Under the pieces are notes generated by a model, which saw only the letters and a program-made list of their open reading frames with translations, was not told the origin of the DNA and did not search any database. 64,000 bases of DNA from Bacteroidales bacterium (GTDB lineage: Bacteria; Bacteroidota; Bacteroidia; Bacteroidales; Paludibacteraceae). This document shows positions 50,610 through 61,500 of the stretch, in pieces; position 1 is the stretch's first letter; each line of letters starts with the position of its first letter. The stretch is from assembly GCA_015654525.1 (NCBI GenBank), contig JAATGT010000033.1, positions 4,082-68,081 on the forward strand, given 5' to 3'. The translations under genes and the position numbers were made by a program.

Positions 50610-51767
50610 TTACAATTTGCAAGCTCCGTCGCCTATTTCGGCAATGTAGAACTCGGGTTTTAATCCGGTTTTAGCTTCGTAAGCAGCTCCTACTTTTTCG
50701 ATGAAGGTATCGATTGCTTCATCTTTTACCAGCGACACAGTACAACCGCCAAAACCGCCACCGGTCATACGTGAACCGATAACGCCGGGTATTTTCCAGG
50801 CTTCTTCGGCCATAGTGTCCAGCTCAAGACCTGTTACTTCGTAATCGTCGCGCAACGATACATGTGAAGCATTCATCAACTGACCGAATTTGATGATATC
50901 ACCTGCTTTCAATGCTTTTACTGCGTCTGAAGTACGTTGTACTTCGCCAACCACGTGACGGGCACGTTTACGGGCCGTTGGGTCGGTAATTGCCGATTCA
51001 ATCGATTTAAATTCGGCTTCGGTAAGCTCAGCCAGGTATTTCAACGGGCGAACTTTGTTCAATTGTTCAACAGCCAGTTTACATTCGGCCACGCGTTGGT
51101 TATATGCGCCCGAATCAAGTTTGTGTGGGCTGTGAGTATTTGAAATAAGAATTTTGATGCCTTCCAGTTTCACGGGAACAAGTTCAAATTCCAGCGTGTC
51201 GCAGTTTAGGTGGATAGCATGATCTTTAGCACCGTTAGCCGACGCAAATTGATCCATGATACCACAATTTACCAGTACAAATTCATGTTCCGATTTCTGA
51301 CCTATCTGAGCAAGTACAGTACGGTTATAACCGGTTCCGAGTTGGTCGTTGAATGCAAAAGCAGTTACTACTTCCAATGCTGCCGATGAAGATAAGCCGG
51401 CACCGTTAGGAACATTTCCCCAAATCAACATGTCATAACCTTCTTTGATTTCAATGCCACGTTTTACAAACTGAGCAATTACACCCAGCGGATAATTTAC
51501 CCACGATTTGTCGAGTGGAGTAGTCAACTTGTCGAATCCAAGTGTAACAAGTTCAGGTTGGTTTAATGATTTGAAGTTCATTACTTTTTTATCATTCTTA
51601 GCCAATAACAAATAAGTCCCGAAGCTCAACGCACATGGAAAAACCGAACCACCATTGTAATCGGTGTGCTCACCAATCAGGTTTACACGTCCCGGAGAAA
51701 AGTAAACAGCCTCTGCAGCTTTTCCATAAGCAGCTTCGAAAGCCGATTTTAATTCTTGCACTGTCAT
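50610..51767 (-). CDS. galK: Galactokinase
   Basis: GRVNLIGEHTDYNGG, GAGLSSSA, CGIMDQ, RMTGGGFGGC. Start moved to MTVQELK. Confidence 0.95.
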   Translation of the reverse strand: MTVQELKSAFEAAYGKAAEAVYFSPGRVNLIGEHTDYNGGSVFPCALSFGTYLLLAKNDKKVMNFKSLNQPELVTLGFDKLTTPLDKSWVNYPLGVIAQFVKRGIEIKEGYDMLIWGNVPNGAGLSSSAALEVVTAFAFNDQLGTGYNRTVLAQIGQKSEHEFVLVNCGIMDQFASANGAKDHAIHLNCDTLEFELVPVKLEGIKILISNTHSPHKLDSGAYNQRVAECKLAVEQLNKVRPLKYLAELTEAEFKSIESAITDPTARKRARHVVGEVQRTSDAVKALKAGDIIKFGQLMNASHVSLRDDYEVTGLELDTMAEEAWKIPGVIGSRMTGGGFGGCTVSLVKDEAIDTFIEKVGAAYEAKTGLKPEFYIAEIGDGACKL

Positions 51768-52016
51768 AATAGATTTATTTTTAATTGTATTTTGTACATT
51801 TATTATTTTGGTACGCAAAATAACACAAAAAAAGGGGGATTTATAAGGTCATAAATCATGTTGTAGAACATAATTCCATAAAAATAACTTGCATTAAGCT
51901 TTTATAAAGTTAAAGCTGGAGATTGCATTGATAGCGACAAGACAGGCTCTTGTCTTCTTCTTTTAAAACAATCAGATTAAATACATGTGTTTATAAGATA
52001 ATTGTTGCAGCTGGAT

Positions 52017-52346
52017 TTAAATCAATCGGTAAGTTCGATTCTGAGCAAAGTAAAATACAATTGCTCCTATCAATGGAAAACAAAAAACAGTCCCCAGCAA
52101 ATAATAAATGGATATGTGCTTAAACAGTCTCATTATCTGTTCAAACAGGTTCGAATTAATCCCTATATAGCCGGATATAATCAATCCAACGATTGCAAAT
52201 GCCCACACAATCCATCTCCGGTCCGTCTGTTCGGGTAGGTTTTGTAACAAGCGCTTGCTAAATCCGTTATCTTCGATTTCCTGTTTTTGTTCGCTGAAGA
52301 AGTCCTTCAGCATCTTGTCGGTATTAGTTGTTTCCATATCCTGCAT
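52017..52346 (-). CDS. Putative anti-sigma membrane protein (DUF5056-like)
   Basis: LKDFF...EIEDNGFSKR...LP followed by 2 TM helices; overlaps the sigma 3' end. Confidence 0.65.
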   Translation of the reverse strand: MQDMETTNTDKMLKDFFSEQKQEIEDNGFSKRLLQNLPEQTDRRWIVWAFAIVGLIISGYIGINSNLFEQIMRLFKHISIYYLLGTVFCFPLIGAIVFYFAQNRTYRLI

Positions 52347-52869
52347 TTGTTAGGTAAACACTTAGTTTTTCTTTTCCTTTCAGAATGTATGTTTTGGCTG
52401 TTCCCAGTGGGCAATCCATTATTTTGGCAACTTCTTTGTGTGTTTTATCTTCCATGTAAAACAGCATAACAGCTGTTTGTTCTTCTTTTCGCAATACTTT
52501 CAAAGCTTTATAAATATCCATCTTCTCGGCCGAAAATTCGTTTAGTGCATGTCGTTGGCTGTCTATCATTTGTTCATCAATATCTTCATAATGTTTATGC
52601 GCTCGTGCCGAATCGTAAAAAACATTGTAAGCTATCCGGTACAGCCAGGTAGAAAAGCCTGATATCCCTTTAAAGCTGCTAATGTTGAGATACGCCTTAA
52701 TAAACGTTTCCTGTGCCAGATCATCACTAAGCGGAGCATCGCCCATAGTCAGGTTCAAAAAGAACCGACGTATGGACGATTGGTATTTACAAGTGAGTTT
52801 ATCAAATGCACCTTTGTCTCCAAGCAAAGCAACTTGTGCTACCCATCGGATATCATCCGTGCTGCTCAT
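52324..52869 (-). CDS. ECF RNA polymerase sigma-70 factor
   Basis: DDLAQETFIKAY, FSTWLYRIAYN, PLGTAKT. Start moved to MSSTDD, coupled to the upstream gene. Confidence 0.92.
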   Translation of the reverse strand: MSSTDDIRWVAQVALLGDKGAFDKLTCKYQSSIRRFFLNLTMGDAPLSDDLAQETFIKAYLNISSFKGISGFSTWLYRIAYNVFYDSARAHKHYEDIDEQMIDSQRHALNEFSAEKMDIYKALKVLRKEEQTAVMLFYMEDKTHKEVAKIMDCPLGTAKTYILKGKEKLSVYLTNAGYGNN

Positions 52870-53482
52870 CGTTGTTTCCGGTTGTATTGGTTTTAGGTTT
52901 TTCAAGGTAATGAACCAACAAATAACCAATTCCAACAAAGGAAGGAACGATGCCTACTATCAGACCGTTTGTTTGATGCATTACAACAAATGAAATAAGT
53001 ACTGCTAGCCCAACAACCAGCCACAGTATTCCTTTTTTCAAATCGGAAATTGGATTGACCTTCTTCGGTTCATCAAAGAAATGATCGGGAACACTTTGTC
53101 CCATTTCTAGTGATTTTGCGTACAAATCATACCTGCGTCTTGCTTCTTCTTTTTTTGCTCTGACCTGAACCGCAATAATTACAACAACAAAAATGAATGG
53201 CAACATGCAAATCAAAACTAATTCGAACCCATTAAATGGCATCTCGCTGCGTCCGTCATTCTCCACCTGTTTCTTTTTTAATTCCAATTCCTGCTTTTTC
53301 AGCTCCATCAGTTGATCGGGCGTTAACTTTGAGAGCATGATCGAATCTTTTTGAATATCATGTATCTCTTTACTGTTACTAATGATAGCTTGCTTTAAGC
53401 TGTCCATATTAACGCTTTTTTCGGTGGCATGTACTCCGAAAAAGAAGGCTAATACCAATAAAAATAATCCGACTCGTTTCAT
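52853..53482 (-). CDS. DUF6249-like membrane protein with exported N-terminal coiled coil
   Basis: Signal peptide, coiled coil, TM, KSLEMGQSVP, LKKGILWL, FVGIGYLL. Confidence 0.7.
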   Translation of the reverse strand: MKRVGLFLLVLAFFFGVHATEKSVNMDSLKQAIISNSKEIHDIQKDSIMLSKLTPDQLMELKKQELELKKKQVENDGRSEMPFNGFELVLICMLPFIFVVVIIAVQVRAKKEEARRRYDLYAKSLEMGQSVPDHFFDEPKKVNPISDLKKGILWLVVGLAVLISFVVMHQTNGLIVGIVPSFVGIGYLLVHYLEKPKTNTTGNNDEQHG

Positions 53483-53527
53483 AAGTTCCAAATTTTAATG
53501 TGTAAATTTAGTATTTGTTTTTCTATT

Positions 53528-53556
53528 TAGACGTAATGATAGCTTCATTTGGATGT
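53528..53556 (-). promoter_or_regulatory. Putative ECF promoter ACATCC-N17-CGTCTA
   Basis: Same CGTCTA -10 as the first ECF module, 45 bp upstream of the operon ATG. Confidence 0.55.
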
Positions 53557-53687
53557 CGTGAACGAAATTTTTTTCGTTGTCTCTTTTTTTTCAGGGAGTT
53601 TCTTCGAAATAAATAAGCAATAATATGAATGATTTGTTTTTCTGAAAACAAAAAACAGTCTGGTAACCGTAACTATTACTCGCCAAC

Positions 53688-54182
53688 CTAATATCTTCTG
53701 GTAACAGAGAATGAAAGCTTTGGAAATAATAATACGGGTAAGGAAACACCTACTACGAGTGCCAGAAGTATAAATAAAGTCGTCATTCCATTATGAAAGA
53801 AGTCCATAAAGAATTCCTGATTTTTAATCGGATTAGTGCTTTGCATAAACTTTATTAAACTCAAAATAGTCCGGTATGCAAACAGTCCGGGAATCATAGG
53901 TAGGAGTGATGGAAATCCAAACACCTCGGCCGGACAATGAATAATGCGTGCAAAAAGAATACTTAGAAGCCCAATAAAGGAAGCTACAATAAAAGTGGAT
54001 ATGGATATATCAACTCCATATTTTATCATTGAAAAACGGAATCCATGCCCAAGTGCAGCTAATAATGCTGAAATTAAAATAGCTTTACGGGGTGGATTGG
54101 AACTAATGGCAAAACCAATAGCTGTTATAGCAGCCAATATGCCATCGATAGTCATAAGCTGAATCATTTCAGGTGTTGTCAT
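53688..54182 (-). CDS. ThrE family exporter, small subunit (YjjB-like)
   Basis: Hydrophobic; GFAISSNPP, PSLLPMIPG. Confidence 0.8.
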   Translation of the reverse strand: MTTPEMIQLMTIDGILAAITAIGFAISSNPPRKAILISALLAALGHGFRFSMIKYGVDISISTFIVASFIGLLSILFARIIHCPAEVFGFPSLLPMIPGLFAYRTILSLIKFMQSTNPIKNQEFFMDFFHNGMTTLFILLALVVGVSLPVLLFPKLSFSVTRRY

Positions 54183-54958
54183 AGCTTACCGAGTCCTAAA
54201 AGTAACATAGCGGTGAATAATCCTATGGCAGTGCAGATCATTAAGCTGGAGGCATTCACCAAACGGGCTATTCCGGTCAGAATATGCCCTTCGATAATGT
54301 CTAATACAGAATTTATAAGCTGAACTCCCGGTGTGTGATATAAAACCCCCGAAGCAAGTGCTATTTCGGGTGTATTTCCCCAATGGAAGATATAGCCCAT
54401 CCCTGCAACGATGGATGCAACAAATGAACTGGTTGTGTACACCACTAAATGATTGATATGGCGTAACATCATTTCTTGTCGCACAAAATATCCTACCAGC
54501 GTGGCTGCAAAAACAAGTTCAATAGCATAAATATCTCCGTTAAACAGGCCACAAAATGCCGCATTGGCAAACGTAACAAGAATAAGAATTATCCATCTGG
54601 AGGTGCGTTTCTCTGAGATGATTTCATGAAAACGTCGTTTCACTTCTACATAATTCAGCTGTTTGTCATGTGTATCCCAACTTAATGCACTCAGGTTTGA
54701 TACAAAGGTATAATTAATCAGCAGTTGTTTTGTCTTTTTAATTAAGGTCAGACGTTTGGTTGAATCGTTTCGATCGGTAATTGTCATGATGATGCTAAGT
54801 TGAAATACCGATAAATCCAATCGATAACCAAAATTGTCTGCCATGCGGGAAATGTTTTGTAAAATTCGCATGGTATGTGCCCCCGATGACATTAGCTCGC
54901 AAGCAATGTCGCTTAACAAGTCGGCCGTTTGTTCAATTGAAGGTAATTTATTTTCCAA
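54179..54958 (-). CDS. ThrE family threonine/serine exporter (YjjP-like)
   Basis: LMSSGAHTMRI, FCGLFNGD, TPGVQLINS. Probable TTG start at 54958, downstream of a TATCTTTG -7 box at 55052-55059. Confidence 0.8.
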   Translation of the reverse strand: MENKLPSIEQTADLLSDIACELMSSGAHTMRILQNISRMADNFGYRLDLSVFQLSIIMTITDRNDSTKRLTLIKKTKQLLINYTFVSNLSALSWDTHDKQLNYVEVKRRFHEIISEKRTSRWIILILVTFANAAFCGLFNGDIYAIELVFAATLVGYFVRQEMMLRHINHLVVYTTSSFVASIVAGMGYIFHWGNTPEIALASGVLYHTPGVQLINSVLDIIEGHILTGIARLVNASSLMICTAIGLFTAMLLLGLGKL

Positions 54959-55189
54959 ATTCGGAGTTGTTTTTATAAAATTGTTGTATTTTGCAGATAG
55001 CTTATCCGACAGGCTCTGTTCCTTTCGAATGATCAAGATTTTGTTTTGGCGCAAAGATATTGAAAAATGGACGTTGGTGAAAATACTCTTCGCTTTTCTT
55101 TTATTCTTTCGCTTTCTGATGCCCTTTTTCTGAACTATATGTCGTTTTAAGTGTTTTTTAGGCATTGAAAAAACTAGCAACAAAGAAAA

Positions 55190-57721
55190 ATGAGAACTGA
55201 GAAGTTTGATGTTACAGGCATGACCTGTTCTTCGTGCGTGGCACATGTGGAGAAAAGTGTAAGCAAATTGGAAGGCGTAAAAACCGTCAATGTCAATTTG
55301 CTTACTAACAGCATGACTGTAAATTATGACGATGCTCAACTTTCTACTACTTCTATAGAACAATCTGTGGAAGAGGCCGGATATCAGGCTCACATTCGTC
55401 CAATGGCTGGTGATGCTTCATTGAGCCTTTCACCAAAAATAGACTTCGTGCAGCAGGAGCAAGATGAAATGAAACAGCGGTGGTGGATATCGTTTGCTTT
55501 TCTTATTCCATTGCTTTATATTTCTATGGGGCATATGGTTGGGTTGCCCTATCCACATGTATTTCACGATCCGCAAAATGCCTTACTCTTTGCTTTCACT
55601 CAGTTTTTGCTCGTGTTGCCTATTGCTTTTGTCAACAAAAAGTATTTTCAGACGGGTTTTAAAACTTTGTTCAGAGCCGCTCCTAATATGGATTCGTTGA
55701 TTGCTATTGGATCTTCGGCAGCTATTGTTTACGGTATTTATGCTATTTATCAGATTGGGTATGGGTTGGGACATGCCGATATGGAAACCGTAAATCAATT
55801 TTCGCACGACTTATATTTTGAATCTGGAGCAACTATTCTTACACTGATAACATTAGGAAAATACCTTGAAGCCAAATCGAAAAATCGCACTTCGGACGCC
55901 ATTACCAAACTGATGGATTTAGCTCCTAAAACAGCCGTTGTAATTCGTGATGGAAGCGAAATGGAAATCCCCGTGGAGCAAGTAGTTGTTGGTGATATGG
56001 TGGTTGTAAAGCCCGGACAACGAATTCCCGTGGATGGAGTTCTGGAAAGCGGAAACTCATCGGTAGATGAATCGGCATTAACGGGCGAAAGTATGCCGGT
56101 GTTTAAGGAAAAAGGTGATTCGGTTATGTCCGCTAGCATTAATAAATTGGGATATTTTACGCTTCGGGCCACTAAAGTAGGTAAAGATACTACCTTGGCA
56201 CATATCATTGAATTAGTAGAAGATGCTTCTTCGTCGAAAGCTCCTATTTCTAAATTAGCAGATCAGATCAGTGCTGTTTTTGTTCCGGTAGTTATGGGCA
56301 TTGCTTTGCTGGCAACAGTTATATGGCTGTTGTTGGGGTATCCGTTTGATTTTGCACTGTCTATTGGTATTGCAGTGCTGGTTATTTCGTGTCCTTGTGC
56401 ATTAGGACTGGCAACTCCTGTAGCTATTATGGTCGGAACGGGAAAAGGAGCAGAGCATGGTATTTTGATTAAATCGGCAGAGTCGCTCGAGATGGCCGGT
56501 AAGATTGATACTATAGTTCTCGACAAAACCGGTACGCTGACCGAAGGAAAACCGCGCGTAACCGATGTATTCGCAATAAGCTCTGTTTCTGAAAATGATT
56601 TGATAGAGCTGGCTGCTTCGTTGGAAAAACAATCGGAACATCCATTATCCGAAGCTATATTGCAGGAGATGGAAAACCGAAAACTGAAGCTCAAAAACAT
56701 TGAAGCTTTTCTGGCTATACCCGGAAGAGGAATTGAAGCTATGATACTTGGTAAGAAATACAGTGTTGGAAATGAAAAGCTGATGATGGAGCGAAGCATT
56801 GATTTGAATGACTTTGCCGATCTTTCAAACAGACTGGCCGATGAAGGCAAAACTCCATTATTCATTGCTGCTGATTCTCATATTTTAGGAATAATTGCTG
56901 TGGCTGATATCCTCAAGTCAACTAGTAAAGAAGCTATTGATCAATTTAAAAATATGGACCTTGAGGTTGTAATGCTAACCGGCGATCATGCTAAAACGGC
57001 TGCTGCTATACAAGGGCAACTTGGAATTTCAACCGTTGTGGCCGAAGTGCTGCCGCAAGATAAGGATAAAGAAATAATCAAATTGCAGGCTGCAGGCAAA
57101 ACCGTAGCGATGGTTGGCGACGGTATTAACGATGCACCGGCTTTGATGCGCTCTGACTTGGGCATTGCTATTGGAGCCGGAACTGACGTAGCCATTGAAT
57201 CGGCCGACGTGGTGTTGATGAAGAGTGACTTACTTGATGCTGTTACAACACTTCGGCTGAGTAAAGCTGTAATGCTTAATATCCGGCAAAACTTATTTTG
57301 GGCATTCTTTTATAATGTAATCGGTATTCCATTGGCAGCGGGACTTTTTTATGGCGTGCTGGGTTGGAAACTGAATCCTATGTTTGCAGCTGCTGCTATG
57401 AGTTTCAGTTCGGTTACGGTAGTGCTGAATGCTCTTCGTTTGATGCGGTTTAAACCTACCGCTTCTCTTTTAAATAATCATGAAATATTAATAACAAAAA
57501 CAGATACTATTATGTCAGAAAAAACATTGCAAATAAAAGGCATGAGTTGTGGGCATTGCTCGGCTCGTGTAGAAAAAGTGCTGAATGCCATTGATGGTGT
57601 AGAAGCCAAAGTCGATTTAGAATCCAACTCGGCTAAACTGATTCTCTCTAAAGATGTCAGTGACGAAACGATTAAAGCTGCTGTTGATAATATTGGCTAC
57701 GAAGTAACGGAAGTGAGCTAA
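55190..57721 (+). CDS. copA: Copper-translocating P1B-type ATPase with N- and C-terminal HMA domains
   Basis: GMTCSSC, TGES, CPCALGLA, DKTGT, SEHP, GDGIND, YN..GIP, MSFSS; C-terminal GMSCGHC. Confidence 0.93.
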   Translation: MRTEKFDVTGMTCSSCVAHVEKSVSKLEGVKTVNVNLLTNSMTVNYDDAQLSTTSIEQSVEEAGYQAHIRPMAGDASLSLSPKIDFVQQEQDEMKQRWWISFAFLIPLLYISMGHMVGLPYPHVFHDPQNALLFAFTQFLLVLPIAFVNKKYFQTGFKTLFRAAPNMDSLIAIGSSAAIVYGIYAIYQIGYGLGHADMETVNQFSHDLYFESGATILTLITLGKYLEAKSKNRTSDAITKLMDLAPKTAVVIRDGSEMEIPVEQVVVGDMVVVKPGQRIPVDGVLESGNSSVDESALTGESMPVFKEKGDSVMSASINKLGYFTLRATKVGKDTTLAHIIELVEDASSSKAPISKLADQISAVFVPVVMGIALLATVIWLLLGYPFDFALSIGIAVLVISCPCALGLATPVAIMVGTGKGAEHGILIKSAESLEMAGKIDTIVLDKTGTLTEGKPRVTDVFAISSVSENDLIELAASLEKQSEHPLSEAILQEMENRKLKLKNIEAFLAIPGRGIEAMILGKKYSVGNEKLMMERSIDLNDFADLSNRLADEGKTPLFIAADSHILGIIAVADILKSTSKEAIDQFKNMDLEVVMLTGDHAKTAAAIQGQLGISTVVAEVLPQDKDKEIIKLQAAGKTVAMVGDGINDAPALMRSDLGIAIGAGTDVAIESADVVLMKSDLLDAVTTLRLSKAVMLNIRQNLFWAFFYNVIGIPLAAGLFYGVLGWKLNPMFAAAAMSFSSVTVVLNALRLMRFKPTASLLNNHEILITKTDTIMSEKTLQIKGMSCGHCSARVEKVLNAIDGVEAKVDLESNSAKLILSKDVSDETIKAAVDNIGYEVTEVS

Positions 57722-57848
57722 ATAAGGGGTAGCTACTACTAACGATGTGTTAGTAGAGGTTCTAATGCAGCAAGGAAAATTTACCTTAAATATCATTTCT
57801 ATTAATGTTCATTTTCCAGCGCTTTCCTGTTTTACTCTTTTTAGATAC

Positions 57849-57882
57849 AAAGAAGGACCAATTGTAAAACTGGCCCTTCTTT
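57849..57882 (-). terminator. Intrinsic terminator of the minus-strand surface-protein operon
   Basis: Minus strand AAAGAAGGGCCAG...TTGGTCCTTCTTT, with G-U pairs. Confidence 0.6.
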
Positions 57883-57887
57883 ATATT

Positions 57888-58568
57888 TTATTTTTCTATA
57901 TGTGTCTTCACTGTTACTCTAAATCTCTTTCTCCAGACTCCATATCCGGCAGCCAGCACCAATAAAAATACCCAACCATCACCAACAGGTATAGGAGGTC
58001 CGTTAGGATTACCTCCCGGGTCAGTTCCATGTCCGCCATGTGATAATACAGCTTGTTTTGTGGGGCTACTAGCTGTTAAATCGGATGACAAAGCCGTAAT
58101 TCCTCCATTGTTCATTGTTACTGCAGATGAAGCATCGTTACTACTCCTGGAGCTACTATTATTGGATATAAAAGTGCCCCCGCCCCCTCCTATGTTACCA
58201 GATGAACTGTTACCATTGGTATTTTGATATGTTGATGACTGGGAAGCATTATAAGAGGCGGATGTCGTTGATCCGGATGTGTTCGCTGTAATGCTATAAC
58301 TGTTTACAGCATATTTTGGCGAATTATCTTCAGAACTACTACTATAACTAGGAACGTCAATTTGATTATTGTTGTCTTCGTATGCAAATTTTCCTCCGTT
58401 TGGTGCATTCTCAATGGCATCGCCTTTAAAGTTGACACTCTGATTTCCTACAAAATATCCTTTTGTTGAATATAAGTCTGGACTTCCGATTGGAGAATAA
58501 AGTACTGCTATGAGCAATCCGGCCCATACAAATATCCAAACTAATATGTTTTTCTTTTTGTTATTCAC
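57888..58568 (-). CDS. Ser/Asn-rich protein with a PEP-CTERM-like C-terminal sorting signal
   Basis: N-terminal TM, low-complexity S/N/G body, then PIPVGDG-WVFLLVLAAGYGVW-RKRFR. Confidence 0.7.
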   Translation of the reverse strand: MNNKKKNILVWIFVWAGLLIAVLYSPIGSPDLYSTKGYFVGNQSVNFKGDAIENAPNGGKFAYEDNNNQIDVPSYSSSSEDNSPKYAVNSYSITANTSGSTTSASYNASQSSTYQNTNGNSSSGNIGGGGGTFISNNSSSRSSNDASSAVTMNNGGITALSSDLTASSPTKQAVLSHGGHGTDPGGNPNGPPIPVGDGWVFLLVLAAGYGVWRKRFRVTVKTHIEK

Positions 58569-58575
58569 GTATTCT

Positions 58576-61500
58576 TTATTGTACTATAAAACGTTTCGTA
58601 TTTTTTTCGCTATTAGTAGCAGCTTTACCTACATAAATGCCCTGCTGTGCCACAGTACAAACCTGAGTTACGCTGTTGGGGCCAAACAGTGTTCTGTTCA
58701 GTTGACGACCGGCCATATCATACAAACTAAATTGTCCTTGCTCGCTGCTTAGGTTCTGGACAAAAACCATTCCATTGGAATTAAAAACCTTAATCTTAGA
58801 ATTAACTTCAGGATCATTTTGTTCATAACTACGCGTTATAATTTTGAACCGATTTGGATAGATGCCATTCGAATCAACCGTAAATTCATATTGTGATCCA
58901 CTGGCAGTTATATCTATTGTTTTGTGTTCAATAGAATCCACTAAATAGATGCCGGAATAGCGCGTATCGGTATTCTCATGGGTAAATGTAAATGTGTATG
59001 TGTCATCTACACCCCGTTCAAATCCTAATACTGTATTGCTCATGTCATTCACTGCATTTATCTGATATATTCCATCCGATCCGACAGCATATAGTTGAGG
59101 TGCCAGCGCACTACCATACATTTTAGTTCCATCCCATCCTTTGTCGTATTTTTTTGTAAATGTAGAATCGGTGAATATCCACATTTTATCGGAATAGTTT
59201 GCTCCTGTTACTTCAATTTTGGTACTAACCATATCCTCTGCTGATGTTGCTACCGTTCCTTTTACCCGTTGTAATTCGGAGTTTTTTACAACGTCATTAT
59301 AATTGAAGGTTATCGTTGAATTAGGTTGTGAACCTGTGACAACCTGAACTAAAAAACCTTGCATAGACGGTATCTGAGACGGCAACCCGCCTGTACCGGC
59401 AGTATTATTTACTACCTGATATTGTCCGGGGCTTGTTCCATATGCACCTCCCTGTCCTCCTGCATTTCCCCAATCGGCGTACGATCCGGTGCTGTACAAA
59501 TAAACCGATCCGTCGAAATCTGCATTGGTATTTGTAGTCAGGAACTTCTTAATATCTATGGCTGCTGTGTAAGGATTGGCCAAAATTTGTTGTCCGGGAA
59601 ATAAAGCTGTACTTGTTTTTGCCAATATTGGCGTAGTGAAATTTCTGTTCACCAGTTGACCTTGAAAAACGATTGTTTTGCCTGTTGTTACTTGTTGCGT
59701 AATTTCATAGCCATAAAATGGGTTTAGTTGGTCGGTGTTGCCTAGCTGTACCCAGTGACTGGCCATGTCCGCTCCCGTTTCGTTCCACCTGCGAACCCAG
59801 GAATCGTAAAAAGTAGGGTCGGCTGGAATGGATTCTATTGGGATACCAAAGTATTGCCAGGTGTAATTATAAGTGACTCCATTATATAACGTCCCTGTTG
59901 CGTTATATTTTGCTATTGAGTACATTTCCACCGTTCCATTAACCTTTGATGTGTCGTGGAATACCAACGATCCGTTTTGCTGAGCACCAGTCTGATCGGC
60001 TTTTAGTTGTATTTGATTAACATCGCCATTGGTTGTAATGGTACCATTTACTGTTAAGCATCTTGCCGACGGAATAATTAAGTTTTTACTTGACAGATTT
60101 GTAAGATTATTAATAACCTTATCGGCATTGTCTACTATCAAATCCCGGCTGGCATCACCCCAAGGAATAGTTGTTGTTGTTGAAAATTCCACATTATCTC
60201 CCGATGCCGGAATAGCATTCGCAGTCCAATTCAACGGATTGCTCCAGTTAGAATCTACAGTTCCCGTCCAATAATTTTTGGTAGCAGTTGCAACCGTCAT
60301 CGTTATGGCATTTGAGATATATGGGTTCGAGCCGGTTTTACATGTAGAGGTTGATGTCATCTCGCATGTTATTTTATCTCCATTGGCAGGTATGTATGTA
60401 TAAGTTTCAGCAGTAGTGACTCCTGTTGTAGGAATAATGCCGTTTACTTTCCACTGATAGATAGGTGGATGACCTCCATTGGTGGGCGTCGCCGTAAATG
60501 TCACACTCGTTCCTGCACTAACCGTACTAGTGGTGTCTGCCGCAATAGTCACGGTTGGGAGGGTAAAAGAACTGTTAACTGATACATTTACCCAAGCTGA
60601 TGCTGTTACTCCCTTTTTCATTGATATGTCGTCCACCGCAAATTGATTTCCGTCAGTCTTTGGATTTACCAATTCTAAAATTAAAGTTGTGGCATTTCCT
60701 GTGTTTATATTGTAGACCCATTGTTGCCATTGCCCGGCTGCTGCAGGTGCGGTATATACAGATCCTACAACACTGCCATTGACATCCAATTGTATTTTAG
60801 CCGAAGGTACTCCAGTGCCAGTGCCAGCCACATTTTGTATCCAATAAGAAAACTGATAGTTAGAATTAGCCTCAACAGGTACAGATTGACTCCAAAAAGT
60901 ATAATTATCCACATTAGACCCGTGTACCACCAACTGATAAGTACCGCCATGAGCCGGATTACTTGTATAATCAAATTGAGCCCCCTTCTTTGTATGGACA
61001 CTTATAGGTGTGTTAGTTATAGTGTAAGTGTTAGAACTCTTAAGTACTGATCCTCCGGCAGAGGGGGATGCATAAGTATAATCGGATGAGAAATCAGTGG
61101 GCTTAATATTTGTTGGTTCGCTTTCGAATCCACCATCAACAATCAATTCAGAACCAGTAAGATAATCAGCTGTAAGCGTGTAGGCCCCAGCATTGGCTGC
61201 AACAGAGGTAACTGGTATAGATGCATTGAGCGTATTGAGCTTATAAAAGTTATTTGGTCCACTCCAGTAATAGCTTGTAGCACCTGATGACACAGAACTT
61301 GTTAACTTTATCGAGTCATTTATACAATATGATCCCCCTCCCCCTACTATAACTGATGGGATTACATATCCTATACAAGTTACAGCTTTGCTCGTCGAGC
61401 CTGTTGATGTCAAAGTTATATCTTGAGGTCCATATCCACCTGCGGATAATCCGGCTTTCAAACGAACATAGATAGTAGTTAGGTTGATATTGCCTCCTGT

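Noticed and set aside
54959-55393. 145-aa N-terminal extension of the ThrE ORF overlapping copA
   Set aside because: It is antisense to copA and spans a -7 promoter box; ThrE-like sequence begins only near 54958.
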